The notes under the pieces were generated by a model. The model had not been told where the DNA came from. It searched no databases and saw only the letters and a program-made list of their open reading frames with translations. A stretch of 64,000 bases of DNA from Candidatus Latescibacterota bacterium (GTDB taxonomy: Bacteria; Latescibacterota; UBA2968): NCBI GenBank assembly GCA_965222605.1, contig OZ244960.1:2240001-2304000 (forward strand). Reading direction: 5' to 3'. The first letter of the stretch is position 1, and each line of letters opens with the position of its first letter. This document shows positions 10,387-20,322 of this stretch, in pieces. The translations under genes and the position numbers were made by a program.

Positions 10387-11136
10387 TTACAGCCTCAACA
10401 GGCGTTTCGCATTTTCTCCAAGCACCAGGCGCTTTTCGCAATCGCCAATCCTCGCGGTAATAATCTTGCCCAGTTGCGTACGCGGATCCATAAGCGGAAC
10501 ATCCGAACCGAAAACCACGCGATCGGCACCCGCTTCGGCCACCAGTCTTTCGATCACACCGGGCTCGCGGAAAGTGGAACACGTCTCGACATAGACATTC
10601 GAAAATCGCTGCGCCGCCCGGATCGACTGACTTCTGTACGGCTCGGAATTGCCCGCATGCGCGATCACAAAATTCGCATTCGGATAGCACCCGGCGATAT
10701 CCTCAACATAAACGGGCCAACACGTTTCTTCCGCACCCGTGTGCGAAATAATCGCCAGGCCGCGGTCATCTGCGAACTGATAGACCGGGTCCCACACGGG
10801 ATCGTTCAACCGCCAACGGGAATAGGGCGGATAGATCTTGATCGCTAAAAATCCGAGCTTGTCGATCGCCCGTTCCAACTCGAATACCATAAATTCGGAC
10901 ATCAGGGGAGAGACATAGGCGAAGCCGATGAACCTCTCCGGATAGCGATTCACAAAAGCCGCGGTCTGGTCGTTGCCAGTCGTGCCGTCTGGATGAAAGA
11001 TATTGAACATACAACTGCGATCAATTCCCGCGGCATCCATCGCGTAGAGAATCTCGTCGGCGTCATCGTTCATCTCAAAAATATCCCATCGGCCGACGTG
11101 CCCGTGAAAATCGATGATTTCCCGACCGTCAATCAT
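10387..11136 (-). CDS. Amidohydrolase_2 family metal-dependent hydrolase
   Basis: IIDFHGHVG, ISHTG, IAHAG, VVFGSDVP motifs. Confidence 0.85.
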   Translation of the reverse strand: MIDGREIIDFHGHVGRWDIFEMNDDADEILYAMDAAGIDRSCMFNIFHPDGTTGNDQTAAFVNRYPERFIGFAYVSPLMSEFMVFELERAIDKLGFLAIKIYPPYSRWRLNDPVWDPVYQFADDRGLAIISHTGAEETCWPVYVEDIAGCYPNANFVIAHAGNSEPYRSQSIRAAQRFSNVYVETCSTFREPGVIERLVAEAGADRVVFGSDVPLMDPRTQLGKIITARIGDCEKRLVLGENAKRLLRL

Positions 11137-11875
11137 AAAGAACCCGCTCCAGATTCGCAGCACAGATCAACGAGAGATCCCCCTCTGATATCTCCAGATG
11201 ATGGAGCGCGAACAGCATCGGTCCCATTGCATATCGCGGGAAAAACGACCCGTACAGCAGGCGTTCTGCGCCAAACTCCCGAACGAGCTTTTCGATCCCA
11301 CAGATATTCTCATAACGGCTGAGCTCGAGAAACGCGGTGGGCAACACCCGCATCATCGGACGGATCATCATCGAATGCGTATAGTGCGCGCCGACCAACA
11401 CGACAGCCAGGTTCGGATACCCACCCAACGTATCGACGATCTCGGCCGGAGGTGTATCCGCCAGCGAGACCCAAAGGGGAATGCCCTCAGCACTCAGCCA
11501 GGCGAGCAAATCACCGTAAAGCCACGAGACAAATGGCAGACGGCATTCCGCGGTATTGTGCAGCCGAACGCTCGAAACGAGACCATCCCGGTGGAGATCG
11601 CACAACTGCCTCAACGATCCGGAATCGCACCCGGCGACGAACTGAGGAACGAGCGCGTCATTCCGATCCGTCAACGCGGCGAGCGAGTCATTGCCCTGCG
11701 TCGGACTAATCCATTCGCCTTGAACGGAATAGACAAGCGCGCGACCGACCCCGTGGCGCGACATCTCTTCGAGCAATTGACCGGGCGAATCGAATGGGGA
11801 TCGCCGGTCGTGGCGATTGCCGATCCCGACGTTGGCATCGAACACGGAAACGCGAGATCTGAAAGACAAAGACAT
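11129..11875 (-). CDS. Amidohydrolase-fold protein with degenerate metal ligands
   Basis: FDANVGIG in place of DxHxH; GAERLLYGSFFP lacks the catalytic Asp; overlaps the start of the intact paralog. Confidence 0.75.
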   Translation of the reverse strand: MSLSFRSRVSVFDANVGIGNRHDRRSPFDSPGQLLEEMSRHGVGRALVYSVQGEWISPTQGNDSLAALTDRNDALVPQFVAGCDSGSLRQLCDLHRDGLVSSVRLHNTAECRLPFVSWLYGDLLAWLSAEGIPLWVSLADTPPAEIVDTLGGYPNLAVVLVGAHYTHSMMIRPMMRVLPTAFLELSRYENICGIEKLVREFGAERLLYGSFFPRYAMGPMLFALHHLEISEGDLSLICAANLERVLYD

Positions 11876-11881
11876 GTCGGG

Positions 11882-12307
11882 TTAATTCCTCGCTCTCGGG
11901 GTCACCCGCAGCACGCCCTCATCGGCATCTACCACCACGTGGTCTCCCGTAGCGATCATCTCAAACGGATCCTGTTCCAGCTCTGTCATCATCGGAATCT
12001 CATTGACAATACATCCGAGTGCGGCCAGTCCATCCACCTCCACATTGACAAAAGCCGCCGGCGCGTTGCCCTCAAGCTGTGCCAGATTTAAAACCATAGG
12101 CGTACCCGAAGAACCTTTGGTCGAGCGGATAACCAGCACGCGCCCCCCCAGAGAAATCCCCTCCAGGGGATGCCCCACGCCGATCACCTTGCCCGTAATT
12201 GCATCCACCTCGCCCCAAAACGACAGGGTCGTATCAGCCACCAGCGCCTCTCCCTCGGCATATCCCTTGACCACGCCGTGTCCTCTAATATCAATTGTAT
12301 CAGCCAT
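11882..12307 (-). CDS. Aconitase X small (swiveling) subunit, DUF126
   Basis: G.AEGEALV, LSFWGEVD, HPLEG.S..GRVLV, KGSS motifs. Confidence 0.88.
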   Translation of the reverse strand: MADTIDIRGHGVVKGYAEGEALVADTTLSFWGEVDAITGKVIGVGHPLEGISLGGRVLVIRSTKGSSGTPMVLNLAQLEGNAPAAFVNVEVDGLAALGCIVNEIPMMTELEQDPFEMIATGDHVVVDADEGVLRVTPRARN

Positions 12308-13550
12308 CTCCAAGCCACCTCCCGGCAACTGCCGCGCGTATGCAGGCGTCCGTCTTGGCAATAATCACTTCCGCCCCCACCATCCCCCGCGCATAGTGCG
12401 CCTGCTTAAAACCGTGAGTCACAATGCGTTTGGCCGGAATCCGCATATTTGTCGGACAGGTATCGCAAAGAATGCGCCCGCCAGCCGCCTCAATAATCTC
12501 CGTATAGCCCATCCTGTCCGCATTGCCCTTGGTGCCCCGCGCCGTATCGATCCACAGGCGCACACCTTCCGCCACCTTTTTCCCCTTCAAAAGAGCGGCA
12601 ATCTTCGACAGTTCATTAATAGACGCATGCGGGCAACCCAGAATTACGGAATCGATATCATCTCCCGTGTGCACCCTCAGTGACTCATAAGTCTCCTTCA
12701 ACGTCTCTGCATCAAAAGTCAGATAATCCTCGGGAACATCCCCATGAAACGCTGCATTTAGAGTGGGTGCTTCTGGCGTAACCCCGGCGATATGGCACAT
12801 CGTAACCCCCCCCGAAGTCGCCAGCGCCGCACACAGTTGCTTGGCCTCGTCCTGAGAGGGTCGTCGTATGCCATTGAACACCGGAATGCCCAGACCCGCT
12901 GCTTTCCCGGTAAAATACCCCAGAGCACCCCAATCGGGCGGATCCTCCAAATCAGTCGTCACCTCTATCCGAAGTGTACCCTTGCGATTCTCATCCAGCA
13001 ACACGCCAAACTCCGGGACCAGACCCAGAAGCGAAGCCGCAATCGCGCTCTCGGTACCGTGCCGCGTAGTCCGCGCACCCAAGATAGAATTGGCATAAAC
13101 CACTGCAGACGACTCTGTCCACGCCAGAATCTCCCCCTTGAGCGGCACATTGCCCACCAGGTACGGAGCGCAGGTAAAAGTGGGGATAAACCCCGCATCC
13201 GCAGCCAGAACCGCCAGATCCTTCTGCATCTGCACCTGTTCGGGATCATTCTCGGGCACATCCACATCGTCCAGAGTCACAAACGCGGCATGCACCGTAC
13301 AGGTACATCCGGGATGCGTCCCATGGGAACATGCCTCCACGAGATCGGCCATGTATTGGTCCATTGTCTCTTTGGACGCCCCCCGCGCCATCAAATTGGG
13401 CACTGGCAACAGGGCGTGTGTATTATCTACTTTAATTAGTCGTTTTGCCCCCATCACCTCACCCCACTCAACCAGCCAGCGCATGCACTTGGCCAGATAG
13501 TCTCCCCGCGACCCATCCAGAACGGCCTGCTGTTCTCCTGTCAGTTCCAT
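12300..13550 (-). CDS. Aconitase X large (catalytic) subunit, DUF521
   Basis: MELT.EQ..LDG, FTCAPY, AWTESSAVVYANSILGART, ILGCPHAS, CDTCP. Confidence 0.9.
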   Translation of the reverse strand: MELTGEQQAVLDGSRGDYLAKCMRWLVEWGEVMGAKRLIKVDNTHALLPVPNLMARGASKETMDQYMADLVEACSHGTHPGCTCTVHAAFVTLDDVDVPENDPEQVQMQKDLAVLAADAGFIPTFTCAPYLVGNVPLKGEILAWTESSAVVYANSILGARTTRHGTESAIAASLLGLVPEFGVLLDENRKGTLRIEVTTDLEDPPDWGALGYFTGKAAGLGIPVFNGIRRPSQDEAKQLCAALATSGGVTMCHIAGVTPEAPTLNAAFHGDVPEDYLTFDAETLKETYESLRVHTGDDIDSVILGCPHASINELSKIAALLKGKKVAEGVRLWIDTARGTKGNADRMGYTEIIEAAGGRILCDTCPTNMRIPAKRIVTHGFKQAHYARGMVGAEVIIAKTDACIRAAVAGRWLGDG

Positions 13551-13572
13551 AAAACACTCCTCCTAAATACCC

Positions 13573-14448
13573 TCAATTACCGATCGGATCGATACCCGCC
13601 ACCTCATAATTCCGAAGCCAATCGCGATGGGACCGGGCCACACGCTCCGGATTAACCTGACTTCGAGCGATAAAACCCGGCACATTCTCACGGCCCGTCG
13701 GAAGCCCAATGCGGCTATAGCGAACATCCAGACTCCACCTGACCGAATTTGTCGTATGCGGAGTTGATCGATGCAGAACGCGCTCCATAGTCATCAACAC
13801 ATCACCCACATCTACCTCGCAAGTCACAACCTCAAAATCTGGAAGATCGCTTTCGAAGATCCCTTTGAAGTGAGGCGTTCGATAATTATGTGGCAAGAGA
13901 CCAATCCGATGAGAGCCACGAAGCACCTGCAAACAGCCGTTTTCAGCTGTCGCCTTAACCAGAGGGATCCAGAAATTGACAAATAGCGTCTCTCCCGCAT
14001 CCTCCGGTATGAGATAAGCCAGGTCCTGATGCCACGGCACAACCGTCGCCTCCAGATCTGGCAATTTGGCGCGCAGGTTGGATTGCGGATGAGCAAAAAT
14101 TTCAGGACCAATCAGAGACTCCGTAGCGTCCAGTATAGCGGGATGCGTCCTGAGCTCGAACATCCCGGGCGTCTTATATCTCTTACCCTGAAAATACTTC
14201 CATATCCGCTCTGGCTCCGAACAGGCATTCGACACCAGAGCCAATCGGGTCTCAAAAGGCGCGTCGGGAAACGTATCCCCCGGATTGAGCAGCCCCTCAC
14301 GCACCGCCTCGCTCACCACCTCATCAACCCCGACTACGAGTTCATCAATAAATGGCTGGTACGCTTCTTTTGGAAGCAGATCCCGAACAATCAAAAAACC
14401 ATCGTCGTGGAACTGCGCCACCTGTTGCACGCTCAGTCCATATTTCAT
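13573..14448 (-). CDS. PhyH family dioxygenase
   Basis: PWHQD, FWIPL..AT.ENGCLQV..GSH, VLHRS, RWSLDVRY. Confidence 0.88.
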   Translation of the reverse strand: MKYGLSVQQVAQFHDDGFLIVRDLLPKEAYQPFIDELVVGVDEVVSEAVREGLLNPGDTFPDAPFETRLALVSNACSEPERIWKYFQGKRYKTPGMFELRTHPAILDATESLIGPEIFAHPQSNLRAKLPDLEATVVPWHQDLAYLIPEDAGETLFVNFWIPLVKATAENGCLQVLRGSHRIGLLPHNYRTPHFKGIFESDLPDFEVVTCEVDVGDVLMTMERVLHRSTPHTTNSVRWSLDVRYSRIGLPTGRENVPGFIARSQVNPERVARSHRDWLRNYEVAGIDPIGN

Positions 14449-14477
14449 AGGGAATCCTCCAATCTACGAAAATTTAC

Positions 14478-14912
14478 TCAATCCGCACACTGCGCCCTTG
14501 CCCCTTCGGGAAGGGGCGGGACATCCACCCCCGCCCTGGGTAGCGTCCCTTCCAGTTCCTGATGCGGGTGGGCAACTTCCCCACCCGAATAGCAGTAGAT
14601 CATTTTCAATGGTTCATCGCCGATATTCGTGAGCTGATGGTAAACACCCGGCGGGATGTACACGGCCTGGCCCGATGTCAGAACCTGTCGTTCTTCGCCC
14701 AGACACATTTCTCCCTTACCCTCCAGAATCAGATAAATCTCTTCCTGTTCTTGATTGTGCCACGGCACCTGACCCCCGTTCGGTTCGAAGGTGACATAGC
14801 CCATCGCGAAACTCTCCGCTAAAATGGGAGCGTTGCCGCCCACAAAGGGTTGCGTCCTGCGCCTTGCGGGAAAGACCCGCCCTTCAATATGCTGCAGGTC
14901 CGAAATAATCAT
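14478..14912 (-). CDS. Cupin-domain protein
   Basis: PWHNQEQEEIY...GQAVYIPPGVYHQLTN cupin motifs; AAGGAG upstream of ATG 14912. Confidence 0.85.
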   Translation of the reverse strand: MIISDLQHIEGRVFPARRRTQPFVGGNAPILAESFAMGYVTFEPNGGQVPWHNQEQEEIYLILEGKGEMCLGEERQVLTSGQAVYIPPGVYHQLTNIGDEPLKMIYCYSGGEVAHPHQELEGTLPRAGVDVPPLPEGARAQCAD

Positions 14913-14934
14913 GCTGATATCTCCTTTACTCAAC

Positions 14935-15018
14935 ACTTTGTTTCACGAAGACCGTGATGGTTCCACCGATCCTGCACGGGCTGGTCGTCTCTACTTGATA
15001 TAACTTGTGAAACAGAGT
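14935..15018. repeat. 84-bp intergenic segment bounded by ~15-bp imperfect inverted repeats
   Basis: ACTTTGTTTCACGAAG (14935-14950) versus CTTGTGAAACAGAGT (15004-15018; reverse complement ACTCTGTTTCACAAG). Confidence 0.4.
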
Positions 15019-15034
15019 ATTTGGCAAAATCTAC

Positions 15035-17548
15035 CTATCCCGGTGTACCTCCGTAGTAAAAAACAACCTCTCGCACCCTGGCCTCACCGCTGACCAGATC
15101 TTCAACAGTAATCTCCAATATATTCACGCCAGCTTTTGCCCTCCTCAGATCGAGTTCGACATATTCGTACTCAGACCGCTCCGTCCCCACCTGCTCGTAG
15201 GTCACCGACACCTGGGGTTTTCTCCGCTTGAAGAGCGAACGGAGCCCGGTCGTAATCACCCCGGCAATTCCCACAGTAGCTTCGGGCGTGAACCGCACCA
15301 GGTATTTCACCTTGTAACGGGTCTGACCGTAGTCATTCCGTTTCAGGTTATAGATCTCGAAATAGGCATAGACCTTCTGCTCCTTCGTGTATGTCCTGGA
15401 AGGCACCGGAATCACCCAGAGTTCGCCCTTCCGAAATCGGTCGTTCGTCCCTTCATCGCCAATTGAAGAAGCGAGCTGGATGCCGCTGACATGGAGGCCA
15501 TCCGATGCATAGTCCGAGACCTCTACAGATTGCTTATAGATCCCGGTGCGTCCCGAGGCCATGTCCTTGAGCTGAACCTGTAGCTCGTATTTCCCGGGAG
15601 GCACCTGAACCTGAAGCTGGTCGGGCACAAACACCCCCCTCGCCTGACTGAAACCCTTGCTATTCTGGTAAAAAAAATCATCTGTAGCACGGTAAATATG
15701 GGTGTAATCCTCGTTCATCAGGGCCATGGAGCTCTGCACCCGGATCATGAAGTCCTCGTCTCCCTTGACGATCTCCACCTCGCGGGGGGGAATACCGTAA
15801 TAGATCTCGAAATTGGTCTGCCCCTCGGAACCACGAAAATCGGCCAGATCGTAATAGAAATGCAACGCGGCACCTCGTATGCTCGGGCGATAATAATCGG
15901 GGGTTTGTGCAATAGTCCTCTGGAAGACCGTCTCGGGAGCATATTCGAGCATTCGCGCGGCATTTGCGAGCTTATTCTCTCCAGTGGAAATGGGAGGAAC
16001 CTGGGCAAACTCGTAGTCGCCGCTACCGAACTCATCGGTAAAGGTAAACTCCACACCTCCCTGGAGCTGGGTGTAGGTCCACGTCTCCCAGGGCACGGTT
16101 TCAGCGCTGCGTTCGACCGTCACAGGAGCGTAGTTTTCGAATGTGAGGCGGAGGTTTGGATTTCCCAACTCGTCCAACATACTCGTGGGATTCAGGCCGA
16201 GCATGTCGGCGTTGGCATCTCCTTCCGCTTCCGCCGGATCCGGACCCACGGTCTCTTCCAACTCCCCGGGCGCGTCGAAGGACTCCGTTGCGATATCGAA
16301 CCCTATATCGGGGCGACGAGGGCTGGATCGGATGGGAAAGACCGGCCCGGTAAAGGTTAAATACGTGGCGGCAGGACCATACAAGTCCACGGCCATCCGG
16401 GTACGCACCGCCTCGACCTCACGGCTCACGCTCAACTGCCTCTTACTGGAACGGTGGTCTGGCTCTCCGTAGCGAATGTAGACCTCTCCCCGCTTGTCCC
16501 ATGGGAATACCTTTTTGGAAAAAAAGGTGCGTGCGTACCAGACCCGGCGGTAATGTTCAATGATGCGCTCGTTGATCCGCGTCAGGATATCGGAATCCCG
16601 CCGCAGCCAGAATTTTTCCAGGTAGTCCAGACGCTCGGTACTGTCAGAGATCGCTTGATAGGCGTGAAATTCCCTCTCAGACGCAACGAGCGAGATGTCG
16701 GTATAGTGCTGGCGCTCCTGATCATCTACCTTCTGCAGATAGCGCTCGAACTGTTCTAAGGCGGTTTCATAGCGCTCTAAAAAGAAGTAGCCCTGGGCTA
16801 TTAAGGGAATCAGCCGGGTCTCTATGAGATGCGGTTTCAGGTGAGGCGTGAGGTATGTGTTGATCTTGCCGTACTGTTCGCCCTGCACACAGGCGAGCCC
16901 GAAGTAGTAAAGCCCATCCACATTGTCGGGCTCCAGCGCTACGTACTTTTCATAGTAGTGGACGGCTTTCTCGTGGTCCTGCCAGAAGCGCTCATAGAGT
17001 TCGCCCAAAAGCCGGTACGCCGGGGCATAAGTAGAATCAATCCTGATCGCCCGCCTGGCCTCGCCTCGAGCGCGCCTGGAGTTAAAGAAGGCATTGAGTC
17101 CCCTACCAGGGCCCTCCACATAAACCAGTCCGAGACCTACATAGGCATCGGGACGGTTTACATCCAGCTTTTTGGCCGTTTTGAAGGTCTTTTCGGCCGC
17201 CTTGAAGTCCCGATTTTTGAGGTAGGCGTAGCCAAGCCGAGAGCGAAGGGCGGCATCCTCCGGATAGGCCTCAACCAGCCGGGTGTAGGTGACGACCGCA
17301 TCGCCGGGCGCGCCTTCGAGCATCTGTTGCTCTCCCCAGGCAAGCAGAGTGTCCTTCTCGGCTTTGGAAAGCACCACCTTCTGCGTCGCTTCGGAAGGCT
17401 CCTGTTGTTCTGTTTCAGGCGTACCTTCTTCCCGGGCAGAAACGGAAGATACAAGGATCGTAATCCCTACCAAAAGGATCCAATTGCAGGGGGATTTGTT
17501 CCAGTTTCCCCAGTCTCGTAATCGACTCAATCCGGTCAAAGCATTCAT
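15035..17548 (-). CDS. GWxTD-domain TPR protein, paralog of 144..2564
   Basis: Aligns along its length with the first copy (FWLRRD..INERIIEHYRRVWYARTFFS..PWDKRGEVYIRYGEPD). Start set at ATG 17548 to avoid overlap with phyH. Confidence 0.85.
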   Translation of the reverse strand: MNALTGLSRLRDWGNWNKSPCNWILLVGITILVSSVSAREEGTPETEQQEPSEATQKVVLSKAEKDTLLAWGEQQMLEGAPGDAVVTYTRLVEAYPEDAALRSRLGYAYLKNRDFKAAEKTFKTAKKLDVNRPDAYVGLGLVYVEGPGRGLNAFFNSRRARGEARRAIRIDSTYAPAYRLLGELYERFWQDHEKAVHYYEKYVALEPDNVDGLYYFGLACVQGEQYGKINTYLTPHLKPHLIETRLIPLIAQGYFFLERYETALEQFERYLQKVDDQERQHYTDISLVASEREFHAYQAISDSTERLDYLEKFWLRRDSDILTRINERIIEHYRRVWYARTFFSKKVFPWDKRGEVYIRYGEPDHRSSKRQLSVSREVEAVRTRMAVDLYGPAATYLTFTGPVFPIRSSPRRPDIGFDIATESFDAPGELEETVGPDPAEAEGDANADMLGLNPTSMLDELGNPNLRLTFENYAPVTVERSAETVPWETWTYTQLQGGVEFTFTDEFGSGDYEFAQVPPISTGENKLANAARMLEYAPETVFQRTIAQTPDYYRPSIRGAALHFYYDLADFRGSEGQTNFEIYYGIPPREVEIVKGDEDFMIRVQSSMALMNEDYTHIYRATDDFFYQNSKGFSQARGVFVPDQLQVQVPPGKYELQVQLKDMASGRTGIYKQSVEVSDYASDGLHVSGIQLASSIGDEGTNDRFRKGELWVIPVPSRTYTKEQKVYAYFEIYNLKRNDYGQTRYKVKYLVRFTPEATVGIAGVITTGLRSLFKRRKPQVSVTYEQVGTERSEYEYVELDLRRAKAGVNILEITVEDLVSGEARVREVVFYYGGTPG

Positions 17549-17604
17549 CGCACCCTTCTCCTTCGCGAATGACCTGGAGGCGCCCAGTACATCCAAATTC
17601 CGCT

Positions 17605-18528
17605 CTACTTTGCTTTTGAGGTGAGGCCCCATTCTTTGCGAAGTTCCCAAATGGATTTTCGATCTTCCAGAGGGGACTTGGGAATGACGTCGCCCGCGTC
17701 CTCTCCCATATGGCGATCGTCAATCGCTTCGGATGCGAGTTGATAACGGGTATCGCTGCTAAAGCGAAAATAATTGGACGTGTTTTTAAGCGAGGCGTGC
17801 ATGAAATACATGCCGAAGATGACGACATCACCCGCGTTAAAAGGGGTGGACGCCCAGCGGACACCCAGAGTTTTCATAACGTCATCGGGATCGGTGGAAA
17901 ACGCGCCCCCATCCAGATCTTGATGCGCGTCCATCGCGCCGTAAGTATTTTTGAGATGCTGGATCTTGTGGGAGCCTAAACAGAGGGCAAGCGGGCCCAT
18001 GTCCAGAGATATATCGCCGAGCGCGGTCCACATCGTGTAGAGGTTTTTGGTGCCAGCACCCATATAGACCACATCGTAATGCGCCCCCGCATTCTGACCT
18101 CGGCAGATCACGCGGAGCCATTTGTGGTCAAATGAAAGAACGGGGCCGCCCATGAAGCGTTCGAAGAAGTCCAGGGTATTTTTGCCTTCAACGATTTCGA
18201 GAAATCCCGACCATTGTTTCACAAGTCGATCCGGAAAGCGGGGACGGCGATTTTCGCCAATCACTGCCTTGTCCAGAGGCGTGTCCGGGGCAAGGAGATT
18301 CTGGGCGGCCATGTTTTCCAGAATTTCTCGCCGGGCATTTTGAATTTGCTGCCGCGTATGAAAGTTGCGAATGATGAGATAGCCGTCTTCTTCGATGCGC
18401 TGGTGGAGAGCCTCGGTATCGTCGAGCAGATGGGTGGCTTCCCTGGGGGTGAAAATAGTTTCGCCAAAGACGAGTTCGCGCCCAGACATCGAAACCCGGG
18501 TGCCGTCGGGAATGTTAAAAGTGGACAT
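17605..18528 (-). CDS. PhyH family dioxygenase
   Basis: GAHYDVVYMG, WTALGD, GSH, FMHAS..N, SSDTRYQ; AAGGAGG RBS. Confidence 0.88.
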   Translation of the reverse strand: MSTFNIPDGTRVSMSGRELVFGETIFTPREATHLLDDTEALHQRIEEDGYLIIRNFHTRQQIQNARREILENMAAQNLLAPDTPLDKAVIGENRRPRFPDRLVKQWSGFLEIVEGKNTLDFFERFMGGPVLSFDHKWLRVICRGQNAGAHYDVVYMGAGTKNLYTMWTALGDISLDMGPLALCLGSHKIQHLKNTYGAMDAHQDLDGGAFSTDPDDVMKTLGVRWASTPFNAGDVVIFGMYFMHASLKNTSNYFRFSSDTRYQLASEAIDDRHMGEDAGDVIPKSPLEDRKSIWELRKEWGLTSKAK

Positions 18529-18605
18529 GAGTGTCCTCCTTAGAGATTATAGAGAGTTCCTGAGGATCATTGATTCTTCTTCGACTAACATCACATCAAC
18601 CGGGC

Positions 18606-18748
18606 GGACGAGACGACGGCAAACACTAATCATACTCTATCCAGAGCTGTAAGTCGCAAAGGATGAGCGCGTCACCGCCTGGCGGCCGCTTTGCGAAGGG
18701 CCTTGATTTGCGCATCTGAGAGTGCCATCAGTTCGATCTCTTTCTTTT
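18606..18748 (-). pseudogene. Internally deleted remnant of the GH-like gene 7327..8859 (5' end fused to 3' end)
   Basis: 18606-18684 matches 7307-7385 (about 8 mismatches in 79). 18681-18733 matches the MALSD.. 5' end of both GH-like genes. The junction at GGCG is out of frame. Confidence 0.88.
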
Positions 18749-18756
18749 GACTCTAC

Positions 18757-20322
18757 CTATTGGAGGTAGCGAACCCATACCCGCAGGTCGTTTAGAGTCA
18801 GACGTGAAGAGGCTGCGCCCGAGATGCGGATGCGATTCAGCCCCCACGCAACGAGTTCCAAAGGAATATCGCACAGCAGCCACTGCCCGGGACACGGCAT
18901 GGCGACGACCTTTCCCATCTGGTCGTAAAAGTCGGGCCCCTCTCCCGATTCTGCGGCCAGTGCGCCGTCTGCCATCAGAACGTCGTTAAAGGCCAGATCG
19001 ACGTCAGAGACCCTCTTTATGCCGCCCAGATGGAGACCCAGCCTGACGGATGGGACAGGTCCTCCCTCAGCGGGCGCACGGAGATCGTCGTCGATGCGCA
19101 ATTCTACCGTGCGGGAGGCGCCGCGTTCCAGCACCACAGGACTTTTGGGCGAAAACCCACCCGGTCGGGAAAAGTGTCTGTCTCCCCCCTTCAACCAGTA
19201 TCCGGCCGCGTCGTACTCGCAGGTTGGGTTTGGAACATACATCTTGTCCTTTCCCGCAAGCCCTTCGGGGCCGTGAAGATCGCGCAGGATATCGAACGAG
19301 AGTGTACCTGGTGTGTACATGAAGTTGAACAGGAAGATACCGTCTGCGCCGGACGACCACGCGGTAAGGACTCGGGCGCGCCAGGCCTCCACTGAGTTGT
19401 AGCCCCCATTTTCGGTCGCGCGGGATTCGTCCAGTCCGGCCCAGAACTGACACCCATATCGGTGGGCGATCTCCACGGCCTCCTCCCAGTCTCGAAGGAC
19501 AAAGTATCCACCCCCAATCCAGATGTCGATCAGGTCCTGGCGCATCCACTCCGCCACGTCCAGACCGAGCGCACGCGAGTAGGCCGTCGAATCCGGGGTT
19601 CGGGCGGCGAACAGGATCGGGCGGCCCCGTTCGCGTCCGACCGATTCGGTCATCTCCCGGATGCGGCGGAAAAGTCCGGTCATCATTTCCCGCTCCTCGT
19701 CGGTCGCCTCCCCTCCCCAGGCAGTGGATCGAAAACAAGTCGGGTGCCGGAAAAAGTCGAGCTTGATGCCGTCCAGGTCGTAGCGACAGCAGACTTCCTC
19801 GAGAATCCGAAACACCTGTTCTCGAACCTCGTCGAACGAAAAGTCCAGAGCGCTCCAGCGCCCATGGGGCGACTCTTCCCGACGTGTTCCGACCAGAAAT
19901 GCCGTGCGCTCCTGTTTCCAGGGGTTGCTGTTCCAGCGCTTCCAGCCGTGTTCGGTGTCCATCGCGTCGTGGGTGTCGTTCATGCGCATGGCCCAGAACG
20001 CCTCGAAGCCATTCTTGCGGCAAAAATCGATGTAGACCTCGAGTCCGTCGGGGCCGTCGCCGTAGACTTCCGCTATGTGACCGCGCGGCCATTCCTGGGC
20101 GACCTGAGAGCGGTAGAGCCTGGCCACGTTGAACTGATGCACCAGGGAGTAAGTCAGGGTATCAACCGGCATGCCGGTAAGGTAGGGAAAGATGCACTCA
20201 TACGTTTCGATCACACCTCCGTCCTTGCCCATGTGCATGCCGTCTGAATGCACGACGAGGCGTCGCTTGCGCCCGGCGGCCCCTTTGCGGAGAGCCTTGA
20301 TTTGCGCATCTGAGAGTGCCAT
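18757..20322 (-). CDS. Glycoside hydrolase-like TIM-barrel protein (GHL10/DUF187-like), no signal peptide
   Basis: MRMNDTHD, RYDLDGIKLDFFRHP, GADGIFLFNF; start ATG 20322 behind GAGGT. Confidence 0.65.
   Translation of the reverse strand: MALSDAQIKALRKGAAGRKRRLVVHSDGMHMGKDGGVIETYECIFPYLTGMPVDTLTYSLVHQFNVARLYRSQVAQEWPRGHIAEVYGDGPDGLEVYIDFCRKNGFEAFWAMRMNDTHDAMDTEHGWKRWNSNPWKQERTAFLVGTRREESPHGRWSALDFSFDEVREQVFRILEEVCCRYDLDGIKLDFFRHPTCFRSTAWGGEATDEEREMMTGLFRRIREMTESVGRERGRPILFAARTPDSTAYSRALGLDVAEWMRQDLIDIWIGGGYFVLRDWEEAVEIAHRYGCQFWAGLDESRATENGGYNSVEAWRARVLTAWSSGADGIFLFNFMYTPGTLSFDILRDLHGPEGLAGKDKMYVPNPTCEYDAAGYWLKGGDRHFSRPGGFSPKSPVVLERGASRTVELRIDDDLRAPAEGGPVPSVRLGLHLGGIKRVSDVDLAFNDVLMADGALAAESGEGPDFYDQMGKVVAMPCPGQWLLCDIPLELVAWGLNRIRISGAASSRLTLNDLRVWVRYLQ

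Noticed and set aside
17549-17650. Extended N-termini in the ORF track (also 7334, 12361, 36904, 41752, 43712)
   Set aside because: They overlap upstream genes or precede better RBS-linked starts; downstream starts were used.
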